Assembly (NCBI GenBank): GCA_036172245.1 | Contig: JAYWIR010000002.1 | Location: forward strand, 6,820,001-6,884,000 | Reading direction: 5' to 3' | DNA length: 64,000 bases | Source: Raillietiella orientalis | Taxonomy: Eukaryota | Shown: piece by piece, positions 26,143 to 39,200 of the stretch | Layout of the letters: every line of letters starts with the position of its first letter | Numbering within the stretch: position 1 is the first letter of the stretch | Translations under genes and position numbers: made by a program | The notes under the pieces: generated by a model | What the model saw: only the letters and a program-made list of their open reading frames with translations | What the model was told of the DNA's origin: nothing | Database searches by the model: none

Positions 26143-27296
26143 TGCTGAAGACCCCCCCCTCCTCTTCTTCTAAAAAAGGAAGGGATCCAGAGATGCCCGA
26201 AAGGATTTTGCCCTCCTCTCTCCTTCCCCCATTCCGGGCTGCTCCCGGGTTCCTCACCGGGAAACCCGCGACTCCAAGCGGCGGTCCACGCGCGCTGGAC
26301 CCCTTTGAAAGGCCCATTGAGAGAGGACCCCTTTCCCGGATATTAGGCAGAGGAGCTTACCCCTCCACAGGGAGGCGGGTCGTCCTGGACATCCGCACGT
26401 CCGGAGATGTTCCCTCACTCGGCGGACGTCCTGCGATGGCGACGCGGGAAGCCTGCGTTCCCGGCGGGATGCTCTGCGGGAACGAAACGAAGACCCGGGA
26501 GGTCCTCTGTAGCCGGTAGATCGAGGGAATCCGGCGGAAGCTGCCACGGGGGGAAGAACCTGAGAAGCGTCGTTCCCAGAAGCAGGGAGTGGGCACTACT
26601 GAGGGCAAGGGTTTTTTTTTGTGTGTGTTTTCCTGCCTTTGCGGGGCGCCCGCGCACGCGGCAGGGGCTAGAATTCAAAGGACGACTCGGGAATGAGGAG
26701 GAGATGACACACTCGGGAGGCCCTCGACCCCTGGCAAAATCCTCGAGCGCAGAGACGACGAGGGGTCGAATCGAAATCGACCAAGGCGGCGGCGACGGCA
26801 GATGAAGTATCTCCCTCCAGGGAGACCACCCGCTGCTCCTTTCAGCTATGCGGAGCCCTTCAAGACGCTTTCGAACCGCCTACAGGAAGGGGAGGGAGTG
26901 TTTTGGGAGGCCTCCCGCACCCATGGGGGGGAGTAGCGAGGAACTGAGCGCGGAGGGCGCAGCGAAGTGGTCGGTCGGCCGTTTTTTTTCTCTTCTCTTC
27001 TCCTCCCCCCTTCCTCCCTCTCCTTCAAAGGCTTTTCGACCCCTTTGCCGCGCCTCGTGGCCCGTCCTCGTGCGCGCGCCCCCCGTCCTTCCTGCTTCCG
27101 GGGATGGCCCCTCCTCCTCCCATCGCTCTCTCCTGAGACGACGACACTGAGTGGCAAGCGCGTGCGCGCGCTCGTGGAACGCCGCCGCGCCGCGCGGGCG
27201 TCAGGTCGCGCACAGTCCACGTCACGAGCGTCTCGCTGCGGTGCGAGGGGTGCGGAGCGACAGCGCGCGACGCACGGGACCACCGCGGCTCCAGCG

Positions 27297-30200
27297 ATGG
27301 ATTCCAAGAAGCAGCATCTGGAGCTCCCGCGCAAGAAGCCCATCAGTGTGATCAGCGGAGCGGCGCTCATCATCGGGAATGTCATCGGATCGGGAATCTT
27401 CATCTCCCCCACGGGAGTGTACGAGAACTGTGGGTCCATTTCCCTGTCCCTCATCGTGTGGCTGCTGAGCGGAGTGATCTCCCTGCTGGGCGCGCTGTGC
27501 TACGCCGAGCTGGGCACCACCTTCCCCGAGTCCGGGGCCGAGTACGCCTACGTCTCCAGAGCCTTCGGCAGCTTCTGCTCCTTCCTCGTCCTCTGGACCA
27601 ATGTCGTGGTCATACAACCCTGTTCCATGGCCATCATGTCGCTGACCTTCGGAGAGTACACCGTGAAGACGTTCTTCCCGACATGCAGGACTCCCCATGA
27701 CGCGGTCGTGCTGATCTCCCTACTCAGCCTGGGTAGGTACCAGCGCTCGCGCCTTTTCGCGCCCCCGGACTGGCGTCTAACCGTCGCCGCTCAGGACACC
27801 CCGAGGCGATCGGGGAAGAGAGAGAGGAAGGAATCCACTCGCATCCCCTTCCTTCCCTCCCCCAGGACCTTCCTGTAGTGTCAGGTGGCAGCTCTCGCAT
27901 GTCCAGAGGGGGAGGGAACGAGGAGGAAGTGGCCTTTCTGGCCCGACAACGCCGGTCTCGAAGTCACCCCTCGCGAAACCGCGGGGGAGGAAAAACAGTG
28001 CGGGTCGGTTTGGGGAAGGGGGAGATTCTGTGTGTGGGGGAGGAAGGGCCAGTTGAGAGATTCTTCATTGCGTGCTGCGGGGTTTCCTGCGCCCACAGCT
28101 GCTGCGCTCGCAAGCGGGGCAGACCAGCAGAACGAGTTGACGCGTGACCCATTTGGACAGTCCCATAGGACTTCTCTCATTGCGGGGGTGGGGGGAAAAT
28201 AAGGATGCCGGCCCCCGCCGCCGCTGCCTTGGCTGCGTGGCTCCTTCCAAAGAGGGTCGAGCGCCACAGCGGCCGAAGCCGACAGCTCATCTCCCGCTCC
28301 CTCCTCCCGGGTGAAAACTTTTGGCACGAAGCGTCTTTGCTGCTGGCGCTGATGCTGCTGGAGGTCACTCACTCGTGCCAGCCGAAAGGCTTGAGATGGC
28401 GGAGGTTGGGCGCGAGGGAGACGAGGTGCCCGAGAGCACGCGACGGAGGGAAACTGTGTCACCTTGGAGACGCGCGCGCGCGCATGAGAGAGGGCGACGC
28501 GCGCAAGCTGCGGGGTGCGTGCGTTCTCCACGTGGGGTGTGTTGGGCTGAGCACGCCCGCTGATGCGGGGCTGCGGAGGCACCAGATCTCACTCCTCGCT
28601 GCGCCACCGACGTGAAAGCATTCCCCCCTCCCTCTCCCTTTCCCTCCCTCCCTCCCTGCGACCATCGGCGCCTTCCTCTTCGGCGAGCTGCGCAACTTTC
28701 TTTCGCGCCCACCTGCGTGGCCTCGCGTCTCACACGTCGGCACGGATAAGAGGCGAGGAGCAAAAAAAAAAGAAAAAGAAAAACCTTCGGCGAGAAGCCT
28801 CCTGATCTTCCGTCGGGGTCGTCCGCTGGATGACGTCATTGAGGAGGCGTGCGGATCGGGCGAGCGGCAGCCGAATCCCCTCTCTCCGAGCGCCGGGAAC
28901 AACATCCCGCCGACACGCGCGCGCGCCCACCTCGCTCCACCTCGTCCCTTCGAGGGAGAGCCCCTTCGCCTTACGCCTCCTCCTCTTCCGTCTTCCCCTC
29001 CAGAGTGAGAGTTGGATCCGACGGAAGAGTTTTTCTTGAGTTTGACCGCCGCCACGCCTCCTCCCCCCCCCTTCCCTCTCGGCGCCCAAGACGAGAACGG
29101 CGAACGGGGCTGCAGGACCTCGTCCTTTTCGAGGGCAGTGGCAGGCGTTCCTCCGCAACTTCCACCTGTCAGATCGCCTTCGAACCGGGTACGCTTGTTT
29201 ACAGCTGCAGCTATTTCATCAGCTCACCCGAGGAGCACGTGGGGATCCCCGGGACCCCTGTTTACAGCTGCAGCTATTTCATCAGCTCACCCGAGGAGCA
29301 CGTGGGGATCTCCACTGATTGTTCAGCCGGAACTTGTTCTTATCTGCTTTCGGTCGCTGCCGCGCAGGTCACTGGGAGCCCTCGTGGCGCACTTCTTCCG
29401 CGGTATCGCGTCAAAGTCTCGCTTCGTGGCGTGACGTAGCACCTGAGATCTCTGCTCTCCACGAACGCTCGTCCGAGGACGCGTGCTACCGCTGCCCGTT
29501 GATCCCTGCCCCCCTTCGTTTTGTCCTCCTTTTCGGGATGCCCCTTGGTTCCTCGCCGGGAAACTCGCCCACCAAGCCGCTCGAAAGGATGGACCTTTGG
29601 TGCAGAGACCCTTAGGCAGATTCCTCCACTTGTCTTCCAGTCTTGCTGACGGCGATCAACTGCATCAGCAACTATCTTTCAATGAAGCTCCAAGTGGTCA
29701 CCTCGATGACCAAGATGGGGGCCTTGCTGCTCATCTCTTCGTTCGGATTCTGGAAGCTCTTCACAGGTAACTTGCCACTCGGTAGCCGCCTCTCCGCGGA
29801 GCGACCCTTTCAATGACGTCCCGCTGCTGCCGGGGGCGCCCTTCCAAGGGATCGCCGAAAGAGCCGTTTTGGCGCTCGCAGAATCCACAAAAACGTCTCT
29901 GGAAGTCACCCCTTCATCCGCATGCAGAGCTGCCAGTAGAGAGGCAGGCGGGAACAGGCACCAGTCGCACTCGCTTTCCTGTGGTCCCGATTTCTGTGGA
30001 TCCCTTTAACGTCCACGGGGTCTTGCACGAACCCCGACTGCAAGAACTTCTGGCAGCATAATTCCAGACCATTCTTCGCCGCATCCTTTTCCGAGATACT
30101 CCGGTGCTGCGATGTGCGTGCAGCTGCTTCCGCCTTTGTTCGTGTCCTGGACGACCTCTGCCCCGTCCCTTCCACTCAAGAAGCGTCCGTTAAGGTGGAA

Positions 30201-33200
30201 GCAGGGAGGAAAAAAAGGAGACCGGGAAGGGCGATTGGGATGGAGAAGCACAAGCAGGGGATGCAGGTGGAGCGCAGCTCTTCCCACGGGAATCGTTTTT
30301 CTCACAGTCGCAAAAAGGGAAAAGGTTCTTTAGGCCGATCAGGTCGAGAGCGCTCTCGCGTTTGCGCGAGAAATTTTCAATGAAACACCCTCAAGCTGAT
30401 ACACCAAGACTGTCTGGAAACCGCAAATGTGATCCCTCAGCTGCCGACAGCCATCCTGACCATCTTAAGATGGAGACGTCTGGAGCTGCTGCTTTTCGCT
30501 ATGACATCTAGCGGAGCGCAAGCAACTCCACCCTGAATAGTCTCTTTGCAGGAGACATGCTCTCCGACTTTTACGACATCTCGGACGCGAACTGGAACGT
30601 TGCGAGCATCTCCTTCGCCTTCTATTCCGGCCTGTTCTCCTACGCCGGGTGGAACGTCTTGAACGTGGTCACCAGCGAGGTGCACAACAGCAAAAGGTAA
30701 CCCACCCATTCGCGCGTTGGACTTTCCCGCTGACCGTCCCCGACCGTCTCGCGTCCGCGCAGGCCAAGTGCTTGACCTCGCGATCTGCAGATGCGGTGTC
30801 CGAACGCCCTTGAGGGGGGCGTGTGAGATGGGTTCTTCCTCTTGCTCGCGGACAGTTCTGTTCCTCCATGGGAGGCTGGACATAGCCTGCTTTGGAGAAC
30901 AGGTGACCTCCTCCTTTTTCTTCTCCTCCTTCGCCCATCCTCTTCCCTTCCTCCTCCCTTTCCCCTCTCTTTCTCCTCCCTTTCTCCTTCTCTATTCCTC
31001 CTACTCCTTTCCTCTTACTTACTTCCCTTTCTCCTCTTCCTCTTACTACTCCCTTCCTCTTCTTCCTCCTATTTCTCACTTCCTTCTTCCTTCCTCCTAC
31101 TTCGCCACCTCCCCCTGCCCTTTCATGCCGTTTCGCAAGGTGCTCATATCCTCTGGTACGCGCCTCGTGCGTTTCTTCGAAGACACCGCCCCTGTGGAAG
31201 ACCTCGGAAGGACAGGTCGAAGTCACGAGCGGCCTCCACGGAACCCGTTCGCCGCCTGCGTTTCTATCGGTGCAGACTCGAATCCTCCCAGGCCACTTCC
31301 CCCTTGTCTCGTGCAGCTGCTGAGGCTCTGCCTGCGACTGCTGAACCGTTCCGCGGACCCAGGAGCGGCACTTCCGGCACGCGTCCTCCGCCGGAAGCCC
31401 GGGAATCCTCCCTTCCTGGGAAGGGAGGATTCCCTGTTCTCCCCGTTCCTCATTCGCGCTTCTCCCTTGGAGAACCTGCGCGAGTAGGCTTTCCGGGAAG
31501 CTCCTGGAACAGGCGTCTTCTATTTCTTCCCGCTCTTGGGGCTCACCTGCCGTGTCTATGGTTCTCCGATCATGGGGAGATTCAAGCTCCCATTTTCTGT
31601 GCTAAAGGGAATGGGAAGGCTCCACGGGAGAGTTCCTTTTTCCAATTTTCTCTCTCTCCTCCTTCCCCATCCCCTCCGTACCGCTTCCTTGGAAACGGGA
31701 GCCCATATGCTTCCGTCCCTAAGGGAAAGTGGCGCAACTCCTTGACCTCCCATAGAGCTGCTTAAGGTTTGCCCCTAGCCTCCCGTGAGAACGTGCGCGC
31801 CGGAATCCAGAAAACTGCCGGTTGCGAGGTCTCTTCCAGGGAGCCTCGGACGACAAGAACGGGCACCGCCGACCGCCCTCAGCGCTCGAGCCACCCTCTG
31901 CGGAAGGACCTCTTTTCTTCTACGGTCCTCTCCTTGATTTGCTTCCAGCCCTTCCCGCTTTCTTCATCGGTGACCTCTATCCATGAGCTGCAGTCTTGTG
32001 AAGAAGCCAGGCAAGATCGCGCAGTCTTTCACCCTGAGGACCTCTTCGCCAACCTGCTCGGCTTTTTTGGACCCGCAGGCGGGCAGCGCCGAGACGCCTC
32101 TATGGAATCCCGGAAGGGTGACGGGAGATCCGCTCGAAAGCGGTGCCTCTCGGGCGCCCTTCTCAGGGAATCAAACCTGAGCCATGAGGGTCAAGTGGAA
32201 CCGCTGCAAGAGGGGCCTATGGGCCTGGAACTTTTTACCCTTTCTTTCTCCCACCTTCCTTCCCTTCTCTCCCTATCTCTTCTTGTGTGCACGCGTGGCT
32301 TCTGCGTACGGAGTCCAAATTTCCGAGGCAGCTGCGCCGTACGTCTTGCAGAGCCCTCCGGAGATCCAGCGCGAGTGGCACCAACGATTACAGATGCCCG
32401 CGGACAAGCAACCCCAAGGTCCGCTCTCCCGGAGACGGGGTGAGCGAACGCGACGTCGAGGCAGCGTCTGGTCCCTCGAGAGCCGAGCGAACTGCCGGCC
32501 GGGGGAAGCAGCTGCTGGCTGGGCAGGGCGAGCACAGGGCCGTAGGGTCCCCTCAGAAAGGGAAGCGCTCCCCTCTCCCCATTCCGTTGTGGCAGGCGTT
32601 GCGGTGGAGGAAGGCAGGCCGCTCAGTCCGCTCCTCGAGCGCCCACTGACTTGCGCGGGAAGAGCGGATGTTTCCCTGCCCACTCATCCCCTGGGAGCAT
32701 GAAAGTAGGGGAGGGGGTCTGAGTCGCCAGTCCCGGGCCACAGGAACGGAAAAAAGTGCCAACTTTTTGTCCGCTCTCTCTTCAGATCACCTTGCTGGCC
32801 TCAAGCAGATTGCCGCCGATCGCGGGCAGTTCGAAACTTCAGACGACACCATCTTTTTTCCCTCCTCCGGCGCCCTGGACTGTGCGGCGAGAGACCTCTT
32901 CGCGTGTGGGTTCCTGGAGCTTTCCCCCTTCGTTCGGTCGCAAAGGGGCCTCTCGGAGGGGGCAAGCGGTCCGCAAGCCTCCTGTCCCCAGCCCACTCCA
33001 CTCATGTCATCGAGCTGTTCGTGGGAAGGACGCAGGGGAGATCGGAGGCCGACTGAACGCGCGGACCACCCCTGCAGGCGCAGCCTCCGCGGTGTCTGTG
33101 GCTGTAAATTTTGCCTCTAGGAGCCTGCTTCCGCTCGAGAGGGGTGATCTTTTTCCCCGAGGGTTCTTCGACTCCCTGGGGTGATGTGGCCTGCTGCAGA

Positions 33201-36200
33201 TACCAGCAGTCGCCCGAAGAGGAGAGAGAGGAGTGACATGACACCAAAGCAACCAGAGGATTCCTAGTCGGGACTCCCCTTCCTCTTCGCCGCTCCTCGT
33301 CTTTTCTTCTCTCCTTCTCTTTCATCCCCCTTCGTAGCGACCTTTTTCGAAAGGGCTTGTTCTCGTCAACGACTCGTCCAGGCGCTTGGCAACGTCCGGC
33401 ACCGCGTCCCCAGGGGTACTGCGTTGGCGGAATCCAGGGAATCCGTCGTTGCGTCGACGGCGCTGTGTAACCATTTCGGTGGCCCCTCCGGGTCCCACAC
33501 GCGTCTTCAGAGACTCTTCCTCCTCTCCGAATCCTTCCTTGCCGATCCCTTCCAGCTGGGATCTCCGGCCGAGAGCAGGAGACCTCGCCGGCTTCAGGGG
33601 AACCAGCAGAGCTTCTCGCATCCGGCTTCCCGTTGGCCCACTCTCGGCCCTTGCCCTCCCTTCGAACCTTTACGGAGGCGCGCTCCAGCACGAGCGCCAC
33701 TGAATGTCCACCCAGGGGTTCGGGAGACCGAATGAAAACCGTCCCTCTTGGAGCGTCCCACGATCGCCCACTGACTCCCGCTCCGTCCCAGCAGTGCCCC
33801 TTCCCACCATTCGTTCCAATGGCGCAAAAACTCCCCCTTTTTCCTTCCCTTTTCCTCCTCCTTCTCCTTCCTCCCCTCCCCCATGTCCTGCGTTTTCCGA
33901 CCCCCAAGCCGTCACCCCCGTTGTTTGTTCTTTTTATTCTTTCAACAGGAACCTCCCGCTAGCTATAGGGATAGCGATGCCTCTGGTCACCGTCCTCTAC
34001 ATGATGACCAACATGGCGTACTTCTCCGCCCTCTCGCCGGGGGAGATTCTCCTGACCCCAGCGGTAGCGATAGTGAGTATCCCTGAGGGCTCTGGCCCGG
34101 CATCCAAGTATCGCGAGGCGCTGCGGCAGCTCGGGTGACCCTCCAGAACTCGATCGCCGCCGTCCTGCGCACCTTGTGGCCGGCCCAAAAGACTGCCCAC
34201 CACTCGCAGCAGCGCACCCAGCGGGAGGAACCGTTGCTTCCTCGGTCCTTGAATTTCGAGGGCAGGTGCTCCTGTGAAGGGACGGGGCAGGAGGGGTAGA
34301 AGAAGAAAACGATAGGGGATCTCTCTCCGACCCGAGGTCTTCGGGCACAGGACCGCCGAAGACCTCGGGGCCACAGCTTTGGGCTCGGAAAAGTTGCGCG
34401 ACGGGAAGAATCAGGTGGATTAAGAGGGAACTCTCACGGAGAAGCAGCCGCGGATCTCTCTGGGAAAACCCGCCGGAGGACCGCGAATGGCCTGGATTCG
34501 TCGAAGGTGGACGTTGGGCGCGGTTGCACGCCGCACCTGCTCAGTCAGGATCGTCCCGACCCATGCGGGCAGCTCGCTGGCTTGGCACAGAAGCAAAGAG
34601 GTTGTTGCTACTCCCGTCCTCTTCCCGCCTTCTTCCGAGATTTTCCGTCGGTGAGGGCCAGCTCGCTGGGGACCGCTCTGGAAGAATCCCGTGTTCTATC
34701 CCGAAGAGTCTGTGGGACCGCAAGAGTCCGTGCGTCGAGTGTGGAGGCGAGTCGCTGATCCGATGGCGGAGGAACAGACCCGGAGCGGCGCCAGCAGGCT
34801 CTGCTCACCTCTGCACGGCGAAGGGAGGCGGCAGATGCCGGAGGCGCTTTGCGGGTGGACTGAGGGGCAAAATCGGCAGACGTGAATCCGAGAGCGGCCA
34901 TCCGTTCTGGCAGCAGAGCGCCACACACCCCTCTCGATCAAGGAGAGGCAGACCTGTTGCGGACGGACATGAGGCCGGCGGGGACCTTGGAAACGTTGGC
35001 GAAAGCTCTGCCGGAGCTCCGATGGAGGGCCTCGAGGGCACTCCGAAGCGGCGAGGAGGAATCCCTGTCGAGAGAGTACTTGGGGTGAAGGATCTCCTTA
35101 AGAGAAACGAGTCCTCCAGTGCCCTCGCAGCTCGGGTAGTTCCGCCGGACTCTGCGTTGCCGCGCAATGGAGAACGCGTAGCAGTCGGAAGCCCCAGAGG
35201 ACTTTTCTCCAGGACATCCCGAAGGTGGTGAGCCGTGAGGAGGCAGAGCGATGTACCCTGAGATGGTCGTCGAGTGGCACGCGCTAATCCCGTCCTCCGT
35301 TTCTTTTTTTTATTCTTCTCGGGACCAGCATGGAACCGCGGGAGTCCCTGCTCTTGGAGATCCCTCCTGCAGCCACGCAGGGAAGAGCGGGAGCAGCTCG
35401 TGCGCCGGGTCACGTGCGGAAGCTGCTCTGGACCACGATGTTTGTCTCCGGGTCTTGCCCAGGAGTTTTTTCAGGCGGCGACAGGGCGCCCTTTCGGCGC
35501 CTTATCTTGCATATGGGGAAAGGGCAGCGTTCTCTCCGTGACTGGGGAATTCCATTGCGCCCCGCGCCCACCTCCGCCGCCCGTCCATCAGAAGATTGCT
35601 CGGTCGACCGCCCGTGGAGAGAGTAGGTACATCGCCAGCCCGTCGCTGCGATAGGGACGACGACGACGCTGCTGCTCCTCTTTGAACTTGTTTACCTTCG
35701 ACGGGGCGCGCACCCCCTTCCTTTTCTCCTCCCACCTGCATGGATGACGGGTGCTCCTTGGAGAAGAGGTCCACTCTCGGGCTCTTCCGGTCGGGCCACG
35801 AATCAGGCGGGCCGCTGCCGTGTCTCCTCGCAACGCATCTCCGCGGCGGGAGGCAGGGGAGCGGCAATCCGTCTTTCATCCCAGGATCTCAGCGACTCCC
35901 TCTCTTGGACCAACTGATCTTTCCCTTTTTCTCTTCCCCCTCCTTCTCTTCACGTCCCATGAGCGGCCCGCCCGGACTTCCACCACTGTCCGCGTACCTT
36001 CGAAAGCGCATGCGCCCATTCCTTCCGCTCTTTCCCTTCGCAACCGCTCTCTTCGATCAGGAGACAACCGCAGCTGCGGATTCGTCCTACGTGCTCCTCT
36101 CCTCTTCCTCCCTCCCTTTATAGCACCTGTCCTGGGAACCGGACAGCATCACACGAAGAGTTGTAGGCTGAGCCTGGCTCTGCCCACGGCTCTCCGCGTG

Positions 36201-39200
36201 GTCATCAAGGGAGGGTCGCGCGCGCAGAAGCGCGGGGTCTTCCTTCCAGACCCAGAGAGTTCGCCTCCGGCGACTCGACCCCAGTGGCTCCGTCCCACAA
36301 CGCCCGACCCCGCGTCCTCATATTTGCGAGCGTGGGTGGATGTTTGGACCAACGCCCAGGGAGCGTCTCTCTCTCACGCGTAGCCTGAGAAAGACCAAAG
36401 GTAGGATGTAGGAAGGGAGGCGCACGCTCCTCGCCCCTTGCTGGATCGATGGTCCGATCTCAAGGGGAGGGATCGACGGCGTCCCTCACGGGAGGGATCA
36501 TGGATGGGGTTCGAGACCTCTGCACGCTGGAACTTCCAGGGAGAAAAAAAAAAAAAGAGGCAACGTCGGTGGCTCCTTCGCCGATGGCGGCGCTTGTGGG
36601 AAGATCCCACGGAGGCCGGACGTCCCCTCGAGAGGGGAATGCAGCCGGGAAGCTGTGTTGGACCGGGGTCGAGGAGGGGCAGAGCGCTTCCCGGTGAGCA
36701 GCCTGCCTGGCCTGCTCTGGGGCAGGCTGTTCGCGCCCCGCAGTGTTGCCAGTCTTCACTCCTTTTTATTCTCATTTTTCTCTCTTTTCCTCCCCCTCAG
36801 ACTTTCGGGAACAAAGTGTTCGGTCCCATCTCTTGGGTGACTCCGGTCCTGGTCGCTTTCTCGGCCTTCGGGAGCATCAACGGCTGCATATTCAGCTCCG
36901 GGCGTCTGTTCAGCATCGGGGCCGACAAGGGGTACCTGCCCAAGTTCCTGGCCTTCGTCGACCCCGTAGACCGCATCCCCAGGTCTTCCATGATTGTCTC
37001 GGTAGGTGCAACTTCCTCCGCCCATCCTCTCCTCCTCTTTTCCCACTTCCCTCCCCTGTGGAGAGCTCTCCGGACAAGCCGCTCCCGCCTTAACCGCTAC
37101 CCCTGCCCTCGGTCTGCACCGCGGAGGGGGAGGAAACATGCATTTCAGTGGATCTGCGGATCACTCCCACGTCGCGGCAGTCCGGACCCGGAGATGTGGT
37201 CCTGGCCCGGCGCCCCGGGACTGATCAAGACGCACCGAATGCGAACCCGGAAGGCGACGACGCGGCATCGGCTGATCTTCCCAGACTCTCCCGGGTTCCC
37301 GGATCGAGGGGCGCCCAACCGGGAACCGCGCGGGCTCGGAAGGATTTTGACGCGCCGCAGAGATCCCGCGCCCGAGCGAAGATGCCGCTCCTGCTACCGG
37401 AGCAGGGAAGGCGCCCGGGTATCGATCTCGGAAATTCGCTCCGAGCCGGGTTCCTTCAGCTTCTCGAAATCCCCCCCCCCCCCCCCCCGGGAAAGCAGCG
37501 CGCGGGACTTCCCGGCCCTCCGAGCTTCGCAGGCTCGAGCAGGTTGACAATGACCTCCCGCGGCCTTAGCTACGGCCCTCGGAGGTTCCAAGATGAAACG
37601 CAGGCGCAGACGTCTCCGCGCTGCTCCAGCACGGAGGCGGGAAGGCGGTCAGCAGCCCGAGGGAAGCGCCCGCAGGAGCTCCTGTCGTTCCTATGCGCCG
37701 CGCACAACAGGGGCAAGGGACACCGGCCCGATTCTTCTCGGACTCTCCGCCGCGCTCCAGGGGCGCGGCGATCCCAATGATGAGAGGGCAGCCATGGGAA
37801 CGCAACCCCATCACGCCGCTCTACTGCCCCGAGCGCTTGCGGGAGCCCTTCCGCTCCCCTTCCTGCAGGAAAGCACCGGGATTAGAGGGTGATTTCGGGG
37901 GAGAGGGAGGGGCGACTACCCTCCCCGCTGCGGTAAGGCTGCGGGAGATCTAGGGATGGGAGGCTGGGCCGGAGGGAAGGAACACCGAAGCGGGCTTCCC
38001 CGAGCTGCACGTGCGCACAGCCGCGGCGAGAGCGGGTATCGGCCGCTACCTCCTCCGTTCGCTGCCTGGCAGTGCCGCTCTTCCGTCGAACGCTCCCGGC
38101 GCTGGAAGGCAGCGAAACGAGGGGAAAGCCAAGGAGGTCGCTCGCCGGAGGCAAGAGGAAGGGCAGCTCCCCAGGCAGCTCTCCTCCTTCGAAGTTACGC
38201 GGTGTGCGCGCGGGGGATTCGTCAGTGCCTCCCTCCCCGACCTGGAGCGACTACCACGCTGCTGTCCGATCGTGGAGGTGGCAGAAGGGTCACATGAGGG
38301 AGGAACGGGAGCAAGTCCGGAAGGAAACGGGGTCGCAGGCGAATCCCCCGCTGCAGCTGCAAGGATGAAGCGCGCAGATCTCCGGGATCCGCGTGATCTT
38401 CCAACGCTTCCCAGCACTCCCCCGAAGCGCTCCGGGGACGCCAGACCCCACAGTTTTCCTGACCACTCGCCGCGACCCCGGGAGGCAGAAGAGTTGGCGC
38501 CGCTGCGCAGCGCGTCCCTCCGCCTACTGCTGCACTCACTGAGGGAAGAGGGCGCCCTCTCCCGCCTTCCGGCGGCGCGACTCCCTATGCCTCCCTTTCT
38601 CTTCTTCCTTCTCCTCCCGCCTCCTCCTCATCCTCCTCTTCTTCTTCTCACTACCCGTCTCTCCCGCGCAGTGCGGACTTGCCATGATGATGCTGGCCGT
38701 GAGGGACATCTACGTGCTCATCAACTACCTGAGCTGCGTCATCTGGCTGTTCATCGGTACCTCGGTCATCGGGATGCTATACCTGAGGTGGAAGAGCCCC
38801 GAGCTGCATCGACCCATCAAGTTGAACCTGTGCACTCCCCTGCTGTTCATTGCCGCATGCACCTTCCTGGTGGTGGTTCCTCTCGTCACAAAACCCCTGG
38901 ACGCAGGTAAGCTGACCGCGGGAAGCACCGAACCCCCCCCCGCCCCACCCCTCTTCGCTGTCCCACCGGGACGCGGAAGCCCCCGTGCGCCTCCGATGCG
39001 AAGCGCTTGCGCACATCTTGGCATGGTTGAGACCTGAGGCCGCGGCTCGCGCATCTTCGCCGCGGTCTCCACGCGGAGAGGAGCGAGGCGGTCGAAGCAG
39101 ACTGGACGAACCGATGAGTTCACGCCAGGGCCTTGCGCACGCGCGCTTGGGGATGGTGGCTCAGAATAATTGCCGGAAGGGAGGGGATGGGGAAGGGAGG

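Noticed and set aside
29196..29310. CRISPR-like repeat-spacer array
   Set aside because: Only two units with an 11-bp linker inside a eukaryotic intron; no cas genes.
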